A DNA stretch of 64,000 bases, from assembly GCA_963842525.1 (NCBI GenBank), contig CAWJGT010000009.1:1376001-1440000 (forward strand), written 5' to 3'. The notes below the pieces were generated by a model. That model was not told the origin of the DNA and ran no database searches. It saw nothing but the letters and a program-made list of their open reading frames with translations. Position 1 is the first letter of the stretch. Each line of letters opens with the position of its first letter. Positions 49,525 through 58,869 of the stretch are shown here, piece by piece. The position numbers and the translations under genes were made by a program. Origin of the DNA: an uncultured Holophagales bacterium. GTDB taxonomy: Bacteria; Acidobacteriota; Thermoanaerobaculia; Multivoradales; UBA5704.

Positions 49525-52297
49525 ATGTTCTTCAGGAAAAACGGGACGCTCCAGGCAAGCACCGCCGTCGGCGTGCTTGTCACTTTCGGTTGGATGGCGT
49601 CGGGTGGCAACGCCTGGGCGGAGAGCCGGGCCGCGCGGTGCAACCCCGCGGCGACTCTCGCGCGGCTGGCCGACGATCCCCGGCTCGCCCTGTCGGGGGA
49701 GGAGAGGGAATCGATGCGGACGGTGGCGAGCAGCATGACGCCGCGGCGGGAGCCCCTGCGCACGTCCGCGCCCCCTGCCCAACCGGATCCGGCGGCCGAG
49801 ATGCGCGAGATCGCCCGGGAAGCGGCGCTCGCCGTCGACGCCGGCTTGGCGGTCCGCCTCAAGGACCGGCTGGAGGTCGCCCACCGGCAGGTCCTCCGGG
49901 AGTTCGGGGAGACCGAGTCGCTGCTGCGCAAGAACGATCTGCCGAAGGTCATCTGGGAGCGCCACGAGGTCGCCCGCGCCGAGTACATGACGAAGATCCA
50001 GGCGGTGTTCCAGGGCCTCGAGGCCGCGGGCAGGAGCCGCGAATCCCGGGAGGTCCGCTCGGCCATGGCTGCCGCGGCGGAGCTCCTGAGCACCTCGACG
50101 GACGAGCGTCCGCACCAGCCGTTCGATCCCACCCGCATGCCCTTCCGCCAGGCGGAACCTACGCAGCGGAGACCCACCGGGCAGGAGTCCGGCACCCTGG
50201 GCAAGATGGCCGCACCCGCCGTGATCGCCGAGCCCTTTACGGCTCCGACGCCCGGCGATCTCGCGGCGACCGAGGACGCGCAGATCACTCCCGAGGTCCA
50301 GGCCCTGGCGGCTTCGCTGGGCAATCAGCCGCTGAGGATCTATGACTGGGTCCGCAACAACGTCGAGCTCGTCCCCACCTATGGCTCCGTGCAGGGCTCG
50401 CAGATGACGGTGGACGCGAAGCGGGGCAACGCGTTCGACACTGCCAGCCTGCTGATCGCCCTGCTACGGGCCGCGGGAGTTCCCGCGCGATACGTCACCG
50501 GAACCATCGAGATCCCGGTCGCCGAGGTGATGAACTGGGTGGGTGGAGTCGCCAGCCCCGGGGTGGCACAGCAGCTCCTCGGGCAGGGCGGCGTCCCGAA
50601 CGTCGGCCTCATCTCCGGCGGCGAGGTCACCCACATCCGGATCGAGCACGTCTGGGTCGAGGCCTTCGTCGACAACATCCCGAGCCGCGGCGCGGTTAAC
50701 CGCGAAGGGGACACCTGGGTGCCGATGGACGCCTCCTTCAAGCTCCACACGTTCACGGCCCGGTCGGAGCTGTTCGCGTTGAACCCGATCAGCGCGGTCG
50801 TCGATCCCAACGATCATCTCTTCGACGTGGACGAGTCCCTCGGCCAGGTCACCAACGTCGATTCCCAGCCGATGGAAGACCGGCTGATCGCTTGGTCCGA
50901 GCAGAACGACGAGTACTTCATCTCCAACGGCTACCCGGCGGCGATCGGAGACCTGGTGGGGAAGAAGGTTATCGTCCCGGAGACGAGCGCCGTCTTTCCT
51001 GCCTCTCTCCCTTACGAGGTCCTCAACCGCAAGGCGGCGGCGAGTGCGCTGCCCGACAACCTGCGTCACTACGTCACCCTCAAGGGCTTCGGCTCAGAGC
51101 TCGACCGCGCCTTCGGCTCGCCCTCCTTCAGCGTGAGGTTGAGCCTGCCGGAGCTGAACAGCCGCCGGTTGAGCTTCCAGTTCGATCCGGCCACCCAGGC
51201 CGACGCCGACACGCTGGCGGCGGCGCGCAACAGCGGGGCCGATACGCTCCCCGTCTACCTCATCAACGTCGTCCCGGTCGTCCGGCTCGACGGCGTCGAG
51301 CGGGCGCGGGGCGCCAGCGTGCGGATGGGCAGCTCCTACTTCGCGGACGTAGTGTTCCAGGGGCCTGACGGGCCGACGACAGTGCCCTATCAGATCGTGG
51401 CGGGAGACGAGATCGCGGTGGGCGTCACGGGCAACGGCGTCACCCAGGAGGTGCTCGCGAAGCGCTTCGCCGCCCATCCGGTCGACAACGCGCCGGAGTT
51501 CTTCCACCAGGTGCAGCTGCACTACTGGATGGAGTGCGACGTCCTGGGCGAAGCCGCCGCCGGCGCGCGCGGCGTCCACATGCTGCGGCTGCCGTCGGTC
51601 GGGTTCTTCAGCTCGCCACTGAACGTAACCTACTTCTTCGGTTCGCCCAGGACAGGCTTCTACCAGGGCCGGGCCATGGACGTGAGGCAGTCCCTGCTCG
51701 GCGCGACGGGCGAAGACCCGGCGAAGGTCGTCGAGTTCATGAAGCAGTCGGGCTTCCAGGGGTCGTATCTCGAGGGCGCGATCTTCGATCAGCTCAAGGA
51801 CCCGTCGGATCTGAAGGTCAAGGGGATTTCCGCGGCCCACCTGCTCAACGACGCGATGTCGCAAGGAATCCCGGTCTACCGCATCACGTCCGCGAACTCG
51901 GCTTCGGTGTTGCCGCTGCTCGCGCTCAGCTCCGCGGTCGAGAGGGACATCAGCACGGCCGTGAGCCAGGGCAAGACGGTGCTCGCCCCGGAACGGAACC
52001 TCGATCTCGGTCCGTGGGCCGGCGTCGGCTACATCATCCAGGACGAGACGACGGGGGCGGGCGCCTACATGATCTCCGGCGGGCTCGCCGGCGGTGGGTG
52101 GCTCGACTGCCTTCGCATCCCGGTCCCGAGCTGGGAAACGGTCTTCGCCATCATCTTCTTTCTGCTCCTGATCGCTCTCATCATCGCGGCCATCCTGTCA
52201 GCGCCGGTGGGAAGCTCCGGCCTACGCGGCGATTGTGCTGGTCCTGCTCCTGGTAGGAGCGATGAGCGGATCAGGGAGCCCGCCGACCTCGGCGTAG
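49525..52297 (+). CDS. Secreted transglutaminase-like domain protein with C-terminal TM hairpin (probable +1 error at ~52213; uncorrected ORF ends 52398)
   Basis: Motifs IYDWVRNNV..YGSVQG, GNAFDTASLLIALLRAAGVPARYVTG, EHVWVEA, WVPMDASFK and TGAGAYMISGGLAGG. Removing one A gives a second TM helix APAYAAIVLVLLLVGAM and a stop at 52295-52297. Confidence 0.8.
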
Positions 52298-52548
52298 AGC
52301 CCGAGAGGTCACTGCTTCCACCCCGGCCCGCGCACCACGCGGACCGGGGTGGCGGGAGCAGGAGGCCGCCGCGATCCCATGGGATCGACAGAGATTGAAG
52401 AACCGCGCTGCCAGGACGTGGTCGCCCGGAAGAGTCTTGAGGTAGCGGAAGGACGAGCTTCTCGTGGAGAGCCTCGAAGACCTTGTCACTGCGGATGCCC
52501 GACAGGACTTCCTGGCGTACTCGCTACACTCTCCGGAGTCAGCTCTCT

Positions 52549-52642
52549 CTCTGGCCCGCAACGAGTACGGCCCATGCTCTACAGCCGCGAGGCGGTGGAG
52601 CAGGGGGCCGAGGAGAGGTTGACGCTGAAGCCTGCGCCGTAG
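52549..52642 (+). repeat. Direct repeat copy 2: orphan, slightly degenerate duplicate of the acylase 3' end
   Basis: Encodes ..PMLYSREAVEQGAEERLTLKPAP* versus acylase ..PMLYSREAVEGGAEEKLTLKPR*. Confidence 0.85.
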
Positions 52643-52682
52643 CCGGATGGACCCGGTCTGGGGATGGACGACGAAGCGGTGG

Positions 52683-52910
52683 GGCCGTGTGGACCTGGCG
52701 CGTCGCCTGTCGGACCTGCGAGGTGGTCCGGCGGCCCTGCGGATTGGTCGGTCGGACCTCCAGTGTGGCCCAGGTGACCTGCGAGTTGGTCGGTCGGCCC
52801 TCCGGGGTGGTCCAGGTGACCTCCGGGTCGGTCGGTCTACGGTGCGGGTCGGACAGTCGGCCCCGCGGGTTGGTCAATCTGAGCTCCAGGTCGGTCAGTA
52901 GGTCCTGCGG
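52683..52910. repeat. Degenerate 21-bp tandem repeat array (~11 units)
   Basis: Units start at 52683, 52704, 52725, 52746 ... 52893, e.g. ggtcggtcggacctccagtgt, ggcccaggtgacctgcgagtt, ggtcggtcggccctccggggt. Confidence 0.7.
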
Positions 52911-52951
52911 GGTCGTGTCCTTACTCAGTGTAGGTGGTAGAGGGGCGTAAG

Positions 52952-53227
52952 ATGACGGGTCCCCATCATACCACTCCCGTCCCCCTGGAGGAGCCCCATC
53001 TCGAACGGCTCCGGCGCTTGATCGAAGAGCAGTATGAATCCTGCCGCACCGGGACAGGCGCCTCTTTCGGAGAGATCCTCTGCCACGAGATCCACGAGAA
53101 CGGGATGACCTTCGTCTGGCTCGCAGAGAAGTGGGGGCTGAGCCTGCCCACTCTCGGCGAGCTGATCTGGGATCACTGCAAGCGGCTGGAGGCAGAGCCG
53201 GTCGTGCGCCACGGCTACCGCCGCTAG
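52952..53227 (+). CDS. Small hypothetical protein, possible HTH (transposon cargo)
   Basis: MTGPHH..GMTFVWLAEKWGLSLPTLGELI resembles a helix-turn-helix. Confidence 0.55.
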   Translation: MTGPHHTTPVPLEEPHLERLRRLIEEQYESCRTGTGASFGEILCHEIHENGMTFVWLAEKWGLSLPTLGELIWDHCKRLEAEPVVRHGYRR

Positions 53228-53391
53228 CACCCGCCTTTCTGTATCAAGCCGCTACAGCGCGAGCACATGGGAAGACCGCCCGTGCCATCCGTCTTGTACT
53301 TGGATTCGATGTTATTTCCTTCGGTGCAGTTAGAGCAGACGTGGTGAACGTCCTTCTTCAGGCTGCTGTAGAACGGCGCGACTCTTGCCAT
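53224..53391 (-). CDS. 55-aa Cys/His-rich small protein (not in ORF track; transposon cargo)
   Basis: AGGAGGTG RBS; MARVAPFYSSLKKDVHHVCSNCTEGNNIESKYKTDGTGGLPMCSRCSGLIQKGGC; stop overlaps the stop of the convergent gene. Confidence 0.7.
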   Translation of the reverse strand: MARVAPFYSSLKKDVHHVCSNCTEGNNIESKYKTDGTGGLPMCSRCSGLIQKGGC

Positions 53392-54337
53392 GGGTCACCT
53401 CCTGTCCCGGCGGGAATGCCGGGCTCTACAGGAGCAGACACGGAAGCCCGTGAATGGTTTAGGCAGAGGAGTGGATAAGCCGGACGGCAGGGCGTGAGGT
53501 TAGGCTCCGTTTCCTGCCGTCCGGGTGCTGCGGCTCCCACAGCCACCATCCAGCCATACAGAGGCCCGGGACTACCCGTCTAAGGCTGTGACTGGCGGCG
53601 CTACATCCACTTTGAGCCCCTAACGGCTCACCGGGGGACTGTGGTTATCCTTCCGTCACCAGCTCGCGCGCACTGCGCGAATCCCGTACTGGGAGTCGCC
53701 GGTTACGGCTCGGTGTTTCCGGCTTACCTTCAGAACGTTGCCGATTAGCTCGGCCATGGGCAGTCCTCCTTTCGGGCAGGGCCGTCCACCATCGGAAGGC
53801 ACCTACATTGTACGCCCTGTGCGGCTGAGAGTTTCAGAGACTACGTGGCGAAGGAGGTCCCCATCGGGCTTCCTCTACTCTCCTCCCGTAGAATCCCATC
53901 AAGCGCGAGGTTGACCCGAATACCGGGTGCCACAGACCACGGCCACCGGCATTTTGTCATACGATCGCATTGCGCTCTGTGCCAATTTACTGGCACAAAC
54001 CGTATGACGAGCGCAATACAATCCGAGATCCGTCGCGTCTGTCAAAGGAACGGCTTGACACGGAGTATGGTTTGAAGTGTAGGCTTGTCGAGTGTTGAAG
54101 GAGGACGAACCGACCTAGAAAGCGAAAACCCCGCCAGGGGCGGGGCTCTCTAACCGATCCTGAAGGCCGTCACGGCCGGTAGGAATGGCTCCTAAGCAAG
54201 GCTATCCTACCGCCGTGGCGCCTCTGGGTCAAGACCCAAAGGAGGTGCCATGCACCACTTCTACAGGGGACCTCTACCCCGACATCGTTTCATCTGGGGC
54301 CTCAACCTGAAGTCCCTCCCGCGGGCCTGGATACCGC

Positions 54338-54526
54338 CTAGCGGCTCCGCTTCTTCGCGGCGGGCGGCTCGATCGCCTCCACTTCCGCGCGAGCGGCTCG
54401 GTTAAGGCGGTCCCTGATCCAGTTGGACAGGGGCCGCCCGTCCTGATCTGCCGCCCGCTGATACAGCTCCTTCTCTGCCGGGGAGACACGCATGTCCAGA
54501 CGGATGCTCTTCGCTTCGCCAGTCAT
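54338..54526 (-). CDS. Ribbon-helix-helix (DUF1778/CopG-like) regulator divergent from the transposase
   Basis: MTGEAKSIRLDMRVSPAEKELYQRAADQDGRPLSNWIRDRL shows a beta-strand plus two helices. Confidence 0.75.
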   Translation of the reverse strand: MTGEAKSIRLDMRVSPAEKELYQRAADQDGRPLSNWIRDRLNRAARAEVEAIEPPAAKKRSR

Positions 54527-54573
54527 ACAGACAGTGTACAGCAAACTTCCCGACATTCCTAGTCGGAAACCCC

Positions 54574-54602
54574 TTGACGCGTGCAGACGTTGTCTGTACA
54601 AT
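54574..54602 (+). promoter_or_regulatory. Sigma70-type transposase promoter with a palindromic operator in the spacer
   Basis: TTGACG-17 bp-TACAAT; CAGAC-gtt-GTCTG palindrome at 54584-54596; a related acagacagtgtaca lies next to the RHH start. Confidence 0.7.
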
Positions 54603-54628
54603 GTCCCCTGTAAGTCAGAGAACGAGCC

Positions 54629-55630
54629 ATGGACGCCCCCGACACCCTGCCCACGCCTGCCCCCGAGGGGATCGCCTGCCGGCCCTGCGGCGGTCGCACC
54701 ATCGGATGGGGCAAGGACAAGGGCGGCAACCCGCGCCGGAAGTGCAAGGCGTGCGGGGCGACGTTCGGAATCATCCCGGAGCGTCCTCTCGGTCGGATGC
54801 GGATCGACATGGACAAGGCCGTTCTCTGCATCTCCATGCTGACAGAAGGTTCGTCGATTCGTTCAACGGAACGGGTGAGCGGCATCCATCGGGACACGAT
54901 CATGCGGCTCCTCCGGGTTGCCGGCCGGAAGTGCGAGAGCCTGTTGGGCAGGCATCTCCGGGCGGTCCCCGTGAAGGACGCCCAAGGGGACGAGCTGTGG
55001 TGCTACGTCGGCATGAAAGAGAAGACTAAAGTACGCAAGGGCGAGACGAATCCCGAGCTAGGCGATGCTTATACGTTCGTCGCGCACGACAGGGAATCGA
55101 AGCTGGTGCTCGCTTGGCACATGGGCCACCGGACGGCAGAGGATACGTCGATCTTCATCGCCAAGCTTGCGACGGCCGCCGCACCCAAGGACGGAGCGGA
55201 GCGTTATCAGCTTACGACCGATGGATGGCCCGCCTACCCGGCCGCGATCGAGCAGCATCTCGGCGGCTCGGTCGATTACGCACAATTGGTCAAGACGTAC
55301 TCGGGAGAGGGAATGGACAGCGAGCGGCGGTATTCACCGCCCTCGATAATATCGAGCGAGAAGATCGTCGTTCACGGGACCCCGGACGAGCACCGGATCT
55401 GCACCAGCCACGTTGAACGAAACAATCTGCACATCAGAATGCAGATGCGGCGGTTTACCCGGTTGACGAACGCATTCTCGCGGAAGCGGGAGAACCTGCG
55501 GGCGGCTCTGGCGCTTCATTTCGCCGCCTATAACTTCGCTTGGATGCACTCCTCGATCCGCATGACCCCCGCCATGAAGGCCGGGCTCGTCCGGAAGCCT
55601 TGGACGGTGCGGGACCTGCTAATGGCTTAG
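54629..55630 (+). CDS. IS1-family DDE transposase (single ORF, N-terminal Zn ribbon + HTH)
   Basis: CRPC..CKAC Zn ribbon, SIRSTERVSGIHRDTI HTH, DELWCYV, TTDGWPAY, TSHVERNNLHIRMQMRRFTRLTNAFSRK. Confidence 0.9.
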   Translation: MDAPDTLPTPAPEGIACRPCGGRTIGWGKDKGGNPRRKCKACGATFGIIPERPLGRMRIDMDKAVLCISMLTEGSSIRSTERVSGIHRDTIMRLLRVAGRKCESLLGRHLRAVPVKDAQGDELWCYVGMKEKTKVRKGETNPELGDAYTFVAHDRESKLVLAWHMGHRTAEDTSIFIAKLATAAAPKDGAERYQLTTDGWPAYPAAIEQHLGGSVDYAQLVKTYSGEGMDSERRYSPPSIISSEKIVVHGTPDEHRICTSHVERNNLHIRMQMRRFTRLTNAFSRKRENLRAALALHFAAYNFAWMHSSIRMTPAMKAGLVRKPWTVRDLLMA

Positions 55631-56110
55631 TTGACGGACTTGTCCAACGGCGCTCCGCAGCGCCGATGAATAGACCACACGATGAACAGAAGACCGTTCC
55701 TCACCAAGCGAGCCGCCGAAAGAAGAGAGGCCCTACTCAGCGAATCGGCATACAGATCCTTCACCACAACAACTTCCCTTAATGGATGGTCAACTCCTTG
55801 AAAGTCCAAATCCATCCCAAGGAGCCGGAAACGTAAACCCCAGAGAAACTCTTCTCGTTCGTCCTGAGTAAGGGCGTTAATCTTTGAGTCCTGCCAGTCA
55901 GCGACTACCATTGAGCCGCTGAGGATGATTTTCTCTGGTTCGAACGATCTTCTGACCTACCCCAAAACCTATTGCATTCTGATGTGCTACCACGCACCAA
56001 AGGGCATCCGATTCCGGCGCGTTAACGACCTCATAGCCTTCCGTCCTCAGCCAGTCAGTTACTTGCTCCTTGGTTTTTTCATAGCGTCTCTCTCCGCTAT
56101 TCGCTGCCAT
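55627..56110 (-). CDS. DUF2299-like protein (frameshift ~55935; transposon cargo)
   Basis: GGAGGTG RBS; MAANSG..QVTDWLRTEGY joins ..EREEFLWGLRFRLL..KDLYADSLS in the next frame. Confidence 0.55.
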
Positions 56111-56253
56111 TGGCACCTCCCAAGTTAATAGAGGCAAGCCTAACATATGGAGAGGGCGTGACATTGCAGCCTATGATGTGGCAAAATGTCGCGCTTGTCA
56201 AGCTATTGTGCGACAAAAAGGGCCGGCCTCTCTCGGAAACCGGCCCCGGAGTC

Positions 56254-56706
56254 CTACGTGGCTTCTCTGAGATGCCGCGCCGTGACGGCCGCTGCCGCTT
56301 GCTCGTCCCGCAGGAGGAGCGGGGCGAGGTCTGCCGCCAAACTGCGGCAGTGTCGTGCGTAGCGGAACGTCGCGAGCAACTTGCGCTCCGGCAGGAACAC
56401 GAGCGAGTAGGTGTGGGTCGAGCCGGTTGGGATCGGCCCTGCGGACGAGCCGTGGAAGATCCCGAACGGCCTGGAGAGCCACCCGCGCAACTCGGGCTCC
56501 ATGCCGTCCTCCAGGAGGACACGGAAGCGCCCAAGGTGCCAAGCCAAAGGAAGAGGATGGCCGGCCGTTCTACGGTGCTCCAGATAGGCGTCTAGGGCCG
56601 ATGCCGCCCATTGTCCTACGCTACGATAGCCTTCCGCCTCGGAAGCTTGCTTCCATCTGGCGCTCTGCCGTGGATCGGCGCGAACGTTGAACGAGGCAAC
56701 TTTCAC
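56254..56706 (-). CDS. Hypothetical protein with N-terminal RHH-like segment (cargo)
   Basis: GTG overlaps the upstream TGA; VASFNVRADPRQSARWKQASEAEGYRSVGQWAASALD. Confidence 0.6.
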   Translation of the reverse strand: MKVASFNVRADPRQSARWKQASEAEGYRSVGQWAASALDAYLEHRRTAGHPLPLAWHLGRFRVLLEDGMEPELRGWLSRPFGIFHGSSAGPIPTGSTHTYSLVFLPERKLLATFRYARHCRSLAADLAPLLLRDEQAAAAVTARHLREAT

Positions 56707-57059
56707 CGCAGCTCCTCCGCCCGCCAACGGCGATGGACCTCGGCAGCTCGCCCGAAGTCGGGGCCGGTGACTTCGTCCGGGACGCCTGACTCCCAAGCGA
56801 GATCGAGGCCGGCGAGCCTTGCCGCCGCTTCCTTGCATATGGCCTGCTTTGAAAGAGTGAAAAGCGCCGCCTGGGATGGCAAGTGGTAGAGGGTAAAGCA
56901 CCGGGAATCCAGACCGTAGCGGCTCCCGCGGACAATGCCGAAAGGGCCGGCTACCAGGGTCGAGGCGATCTCAGCGTAAGGGGTCCGAGGATCGCCGACG
57001 TGCCACAGGCGCACGGCGAGAGTACGACGGCGCCACTTGAGTGGGACGGGGATCGTCAC
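56703..57059 (-). CDS. Hypothetical protein (cargo, translationally coupled)
   Basis: 4-nt overlaps with both neighbours; shares a PFGI..G..Y/F.L..LP motif with the downstream gene. Confidence 0.55.
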   Translation of the reverse strand: MTIPVPLKWRRRTLAVRLWHVGDPRTPYAEIASTLVAGPFGIVRGSRYGLDSRCFTLYHLPSQAALFTLSKQAICKEAAARLAGLDLAWESGVPDEVTGPDFGRAAEVHRRWRAEELR

Positions 57060-57400
57060 TTCCGGCCCTCCTTCTCTGCCTGCCTGCTTTGCCAGTACAC
57101 GTACAGCTCTTCGGGGGTGAGGTCTGCGGCCTCCTCAAGCGCCTTGAGAGCCGGCTCCAGGTCGTCGGCGAGGACGCACTCCAGGGTGCCGCGGAGGGCG
57201 AACGCTACGGACTGCGGGACGCGTCCCTCTCCCATGTCCTCGCTGTCCTCGGGATAGCCTAGACCCTCCTCCAGGGCTTGAAGGGTGGAAATCATGGTCT
57301 GGAGGAAGGCCGCGCAGGTTTTGACGACCATCTGCGCTGCGGTCTCTTCGGCGGTGTGCTCGGGAACGGGGGGAAGGGTAGACTTCTCGGACCTGGGCAT
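57056..57400 (-). CDS. Hypothetical acidic helical protein (cargo, first gene of operon)
   Basis: AGGAGC RBS, ATG at 57400, preceded by a GC hairpin at ~57425-57458. Confidence 0.6.
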   Translation of the reverse strand: MPRSEKSTLPPVPEHTAEETAAQMVVKTCAAFLQTMISTLQALEEGLGYPEDSEDMGEGRVPQSVAFALRGTLECVLADDLEPALKALEEAADLTPEELYVYWQSRQAEKEGRK

Positions 57401-57820
57401 GGGGCTAGCTCCTGTGCTCGGGTAGGTCCGGGCGGGTGGTGACTCACCCGTTCGGGCCGCTACCAGATTGTCAGTGGAGAGGCGTATTCCTCCCTACGGG
57501 AGGGAAGCTACAGCAGGTAGGTACCCCCGCCCCCTATCTAGGGGGCACCTACACTGAGTTAGGACACGACCTCCTGCGGGTCGGCCAGCAGGACCCGCAG
57601 GGCCTACTGACCACTTGCAGGGCCGCTCGGCGACGGGCCAGGCTTTTCCGTACCTGGACGAGGTCCTCCCTGCGCCGCAACAGGGCCTTCCGACCATATC
57701 GAGAGGCGGACTCGAGACATGCCGGGGCACCTGTCCCACGGACCTGTGTGAACTGTCCCTCCCACAGCCCCGACTGCCCATTGCGCAGGGCGCATCAGGG
57801 CAGTAGGCTCTCCTGCGGAC

Positions 57821-58252
57821 ATGACGCAGAACGAATACGAACGGCGGCGGCGCCTTTTGGAGGAGCAGCTCCAAGCGGCTCTTGAAATGGTGCGCTCCGG
57901 GTGTGAGATCGCCTTCCAGGCTCTGGAAGCGCTACGTGCCGAGAGCGCCAAGGATGAGCCGGCCGGCGCCTCGATCGCGAAACCGGCTCCATCGACAAGC
58001 CGTTCCGCTCCGGATCCGCCGCTCCGCTCCCGCATACCGACCAACCAGTGGCCGGACGACCTCGAGGAAGCACTGCCCATGCTGCCGGAGGTCTTCACCA
58101 AGGCCGACCTGGTGCGCGCCCTCGGCTACCAGCCGACCCGAGGCACCCTGCTGCGCATCGTCGACAAGCTCATCCAAGAAGGCAGGATCGCAGTTCTCAA
58201 GGCGAGCGACGGCGGAAAGCCGACGACGTATCGGAAGGTTCCCACGCCATAG
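57821..58252 (+). CDS. Hypothetical protein, N-terminal coiled coil and C-terminal winged-helix-like domain
   Basis: MTQNEYERRRRLLEEQL.. and LPEVFTKADLVRALGYQPTRGTLLRIVDKLIQEG; a GC hairpin follows. Confidence 0.65.
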   Translation: MTQNEYERRRRLLEEQLQAALEMVRSGCEIAFQALEALRAESAKDEPAGASIAKPAPSTSRSAPDPPLRSRIPTNQWPDDLEEALPMLPEVFTKADLVRALGYQPTRGTLLRIVDKLIQEGRIAVLKASDGGKPTTYRKVPTP

Positions 58253-58319
58253 GAGCGTGAGAGCCTCCGACATCCGCTGTACACGGCGGGGTCCTTCCTG
58301 CCCCCGCCACTCAGTAGAA

Positions 58320-58624
58320 TCAAGGACATCCGACGGCCACGGCGCCCGGCACCCCGGCGTTGCTCACGGTCATACGGAAGCAGGTCCCGTTGGGCGATCG
58401 GAGGATCGGGGCAGCACCAGGGGAGCAAGGTTCTGATAGTCGCGATCGACGATCAGCATCCCCCCTTCGCCCGCGGCGTCGATCGCGTCCTGCAGCGTTG
58501 CGTGATGGCTCGCGATCTGGATGTTGGCGGTGAACGGCTGTGCTCCGGCCGCCGGTGCCAGGCAGGCCGCGGCGAGCGCCAGGGTGAGCGCGGTGCGCCA
58601 GGTCGTTGTCAGGGTGGGACTCAT
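58320..58624 (-). pseudogene. Truncated secreted protein (signal peptide + TLQDAIDAA beta-helix-type start)
   Basis: AAGGAGG RBS, signal peptide ending AGA-Q, HATLQDAIDAAGEGG, then an early stop or frameshift. Confidence 0.4.
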
Positions 58625-58869
58625 CGCTTTCCTCCTTGGTCAGAGGCGACGGCGAATGATTCGGCCTCTGCTCTTCAACACGGAAAACGGGGGGCGATCC
58701 CGCCAGGCGTTCTGGGCGGCACGACCGGCATGCCTTGTACGCTCTCCTGTACCTGTACCGGCTGTGTGGACGAGGACCCCACCAAGACGGAAGGGACCAA
58801 CTGCTGCCAATAGGCGCTCCGGTCTGATCGAGCTGAACGAGGACGGGCTCCTCTGCTGCCCCGAGCAGC

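Larger units (their letters stand above)
52911..57571 (+). mobile_element. IS1-family transposon carrying passenger genes (4661 bp), 26-bp TIRs, 8-bp TSD
   Basis: Left TIR ggtcgtgtccttactcagtgtaggtg (52911-52936) and right TIR cacctacactgagttaggacacgacc (57546-57571) match at 25/26. TCCTGCGG is duplicated at 52903-52910 and 57572-57579. Internal IS1-type transposase; lower GC than flanks. Confidence 0.92.

Noticed and set aside
52683-52910. CRISPR array
   Set aside because: Contiguous degenerate 21-mers with no unique spacers and no cas genes.
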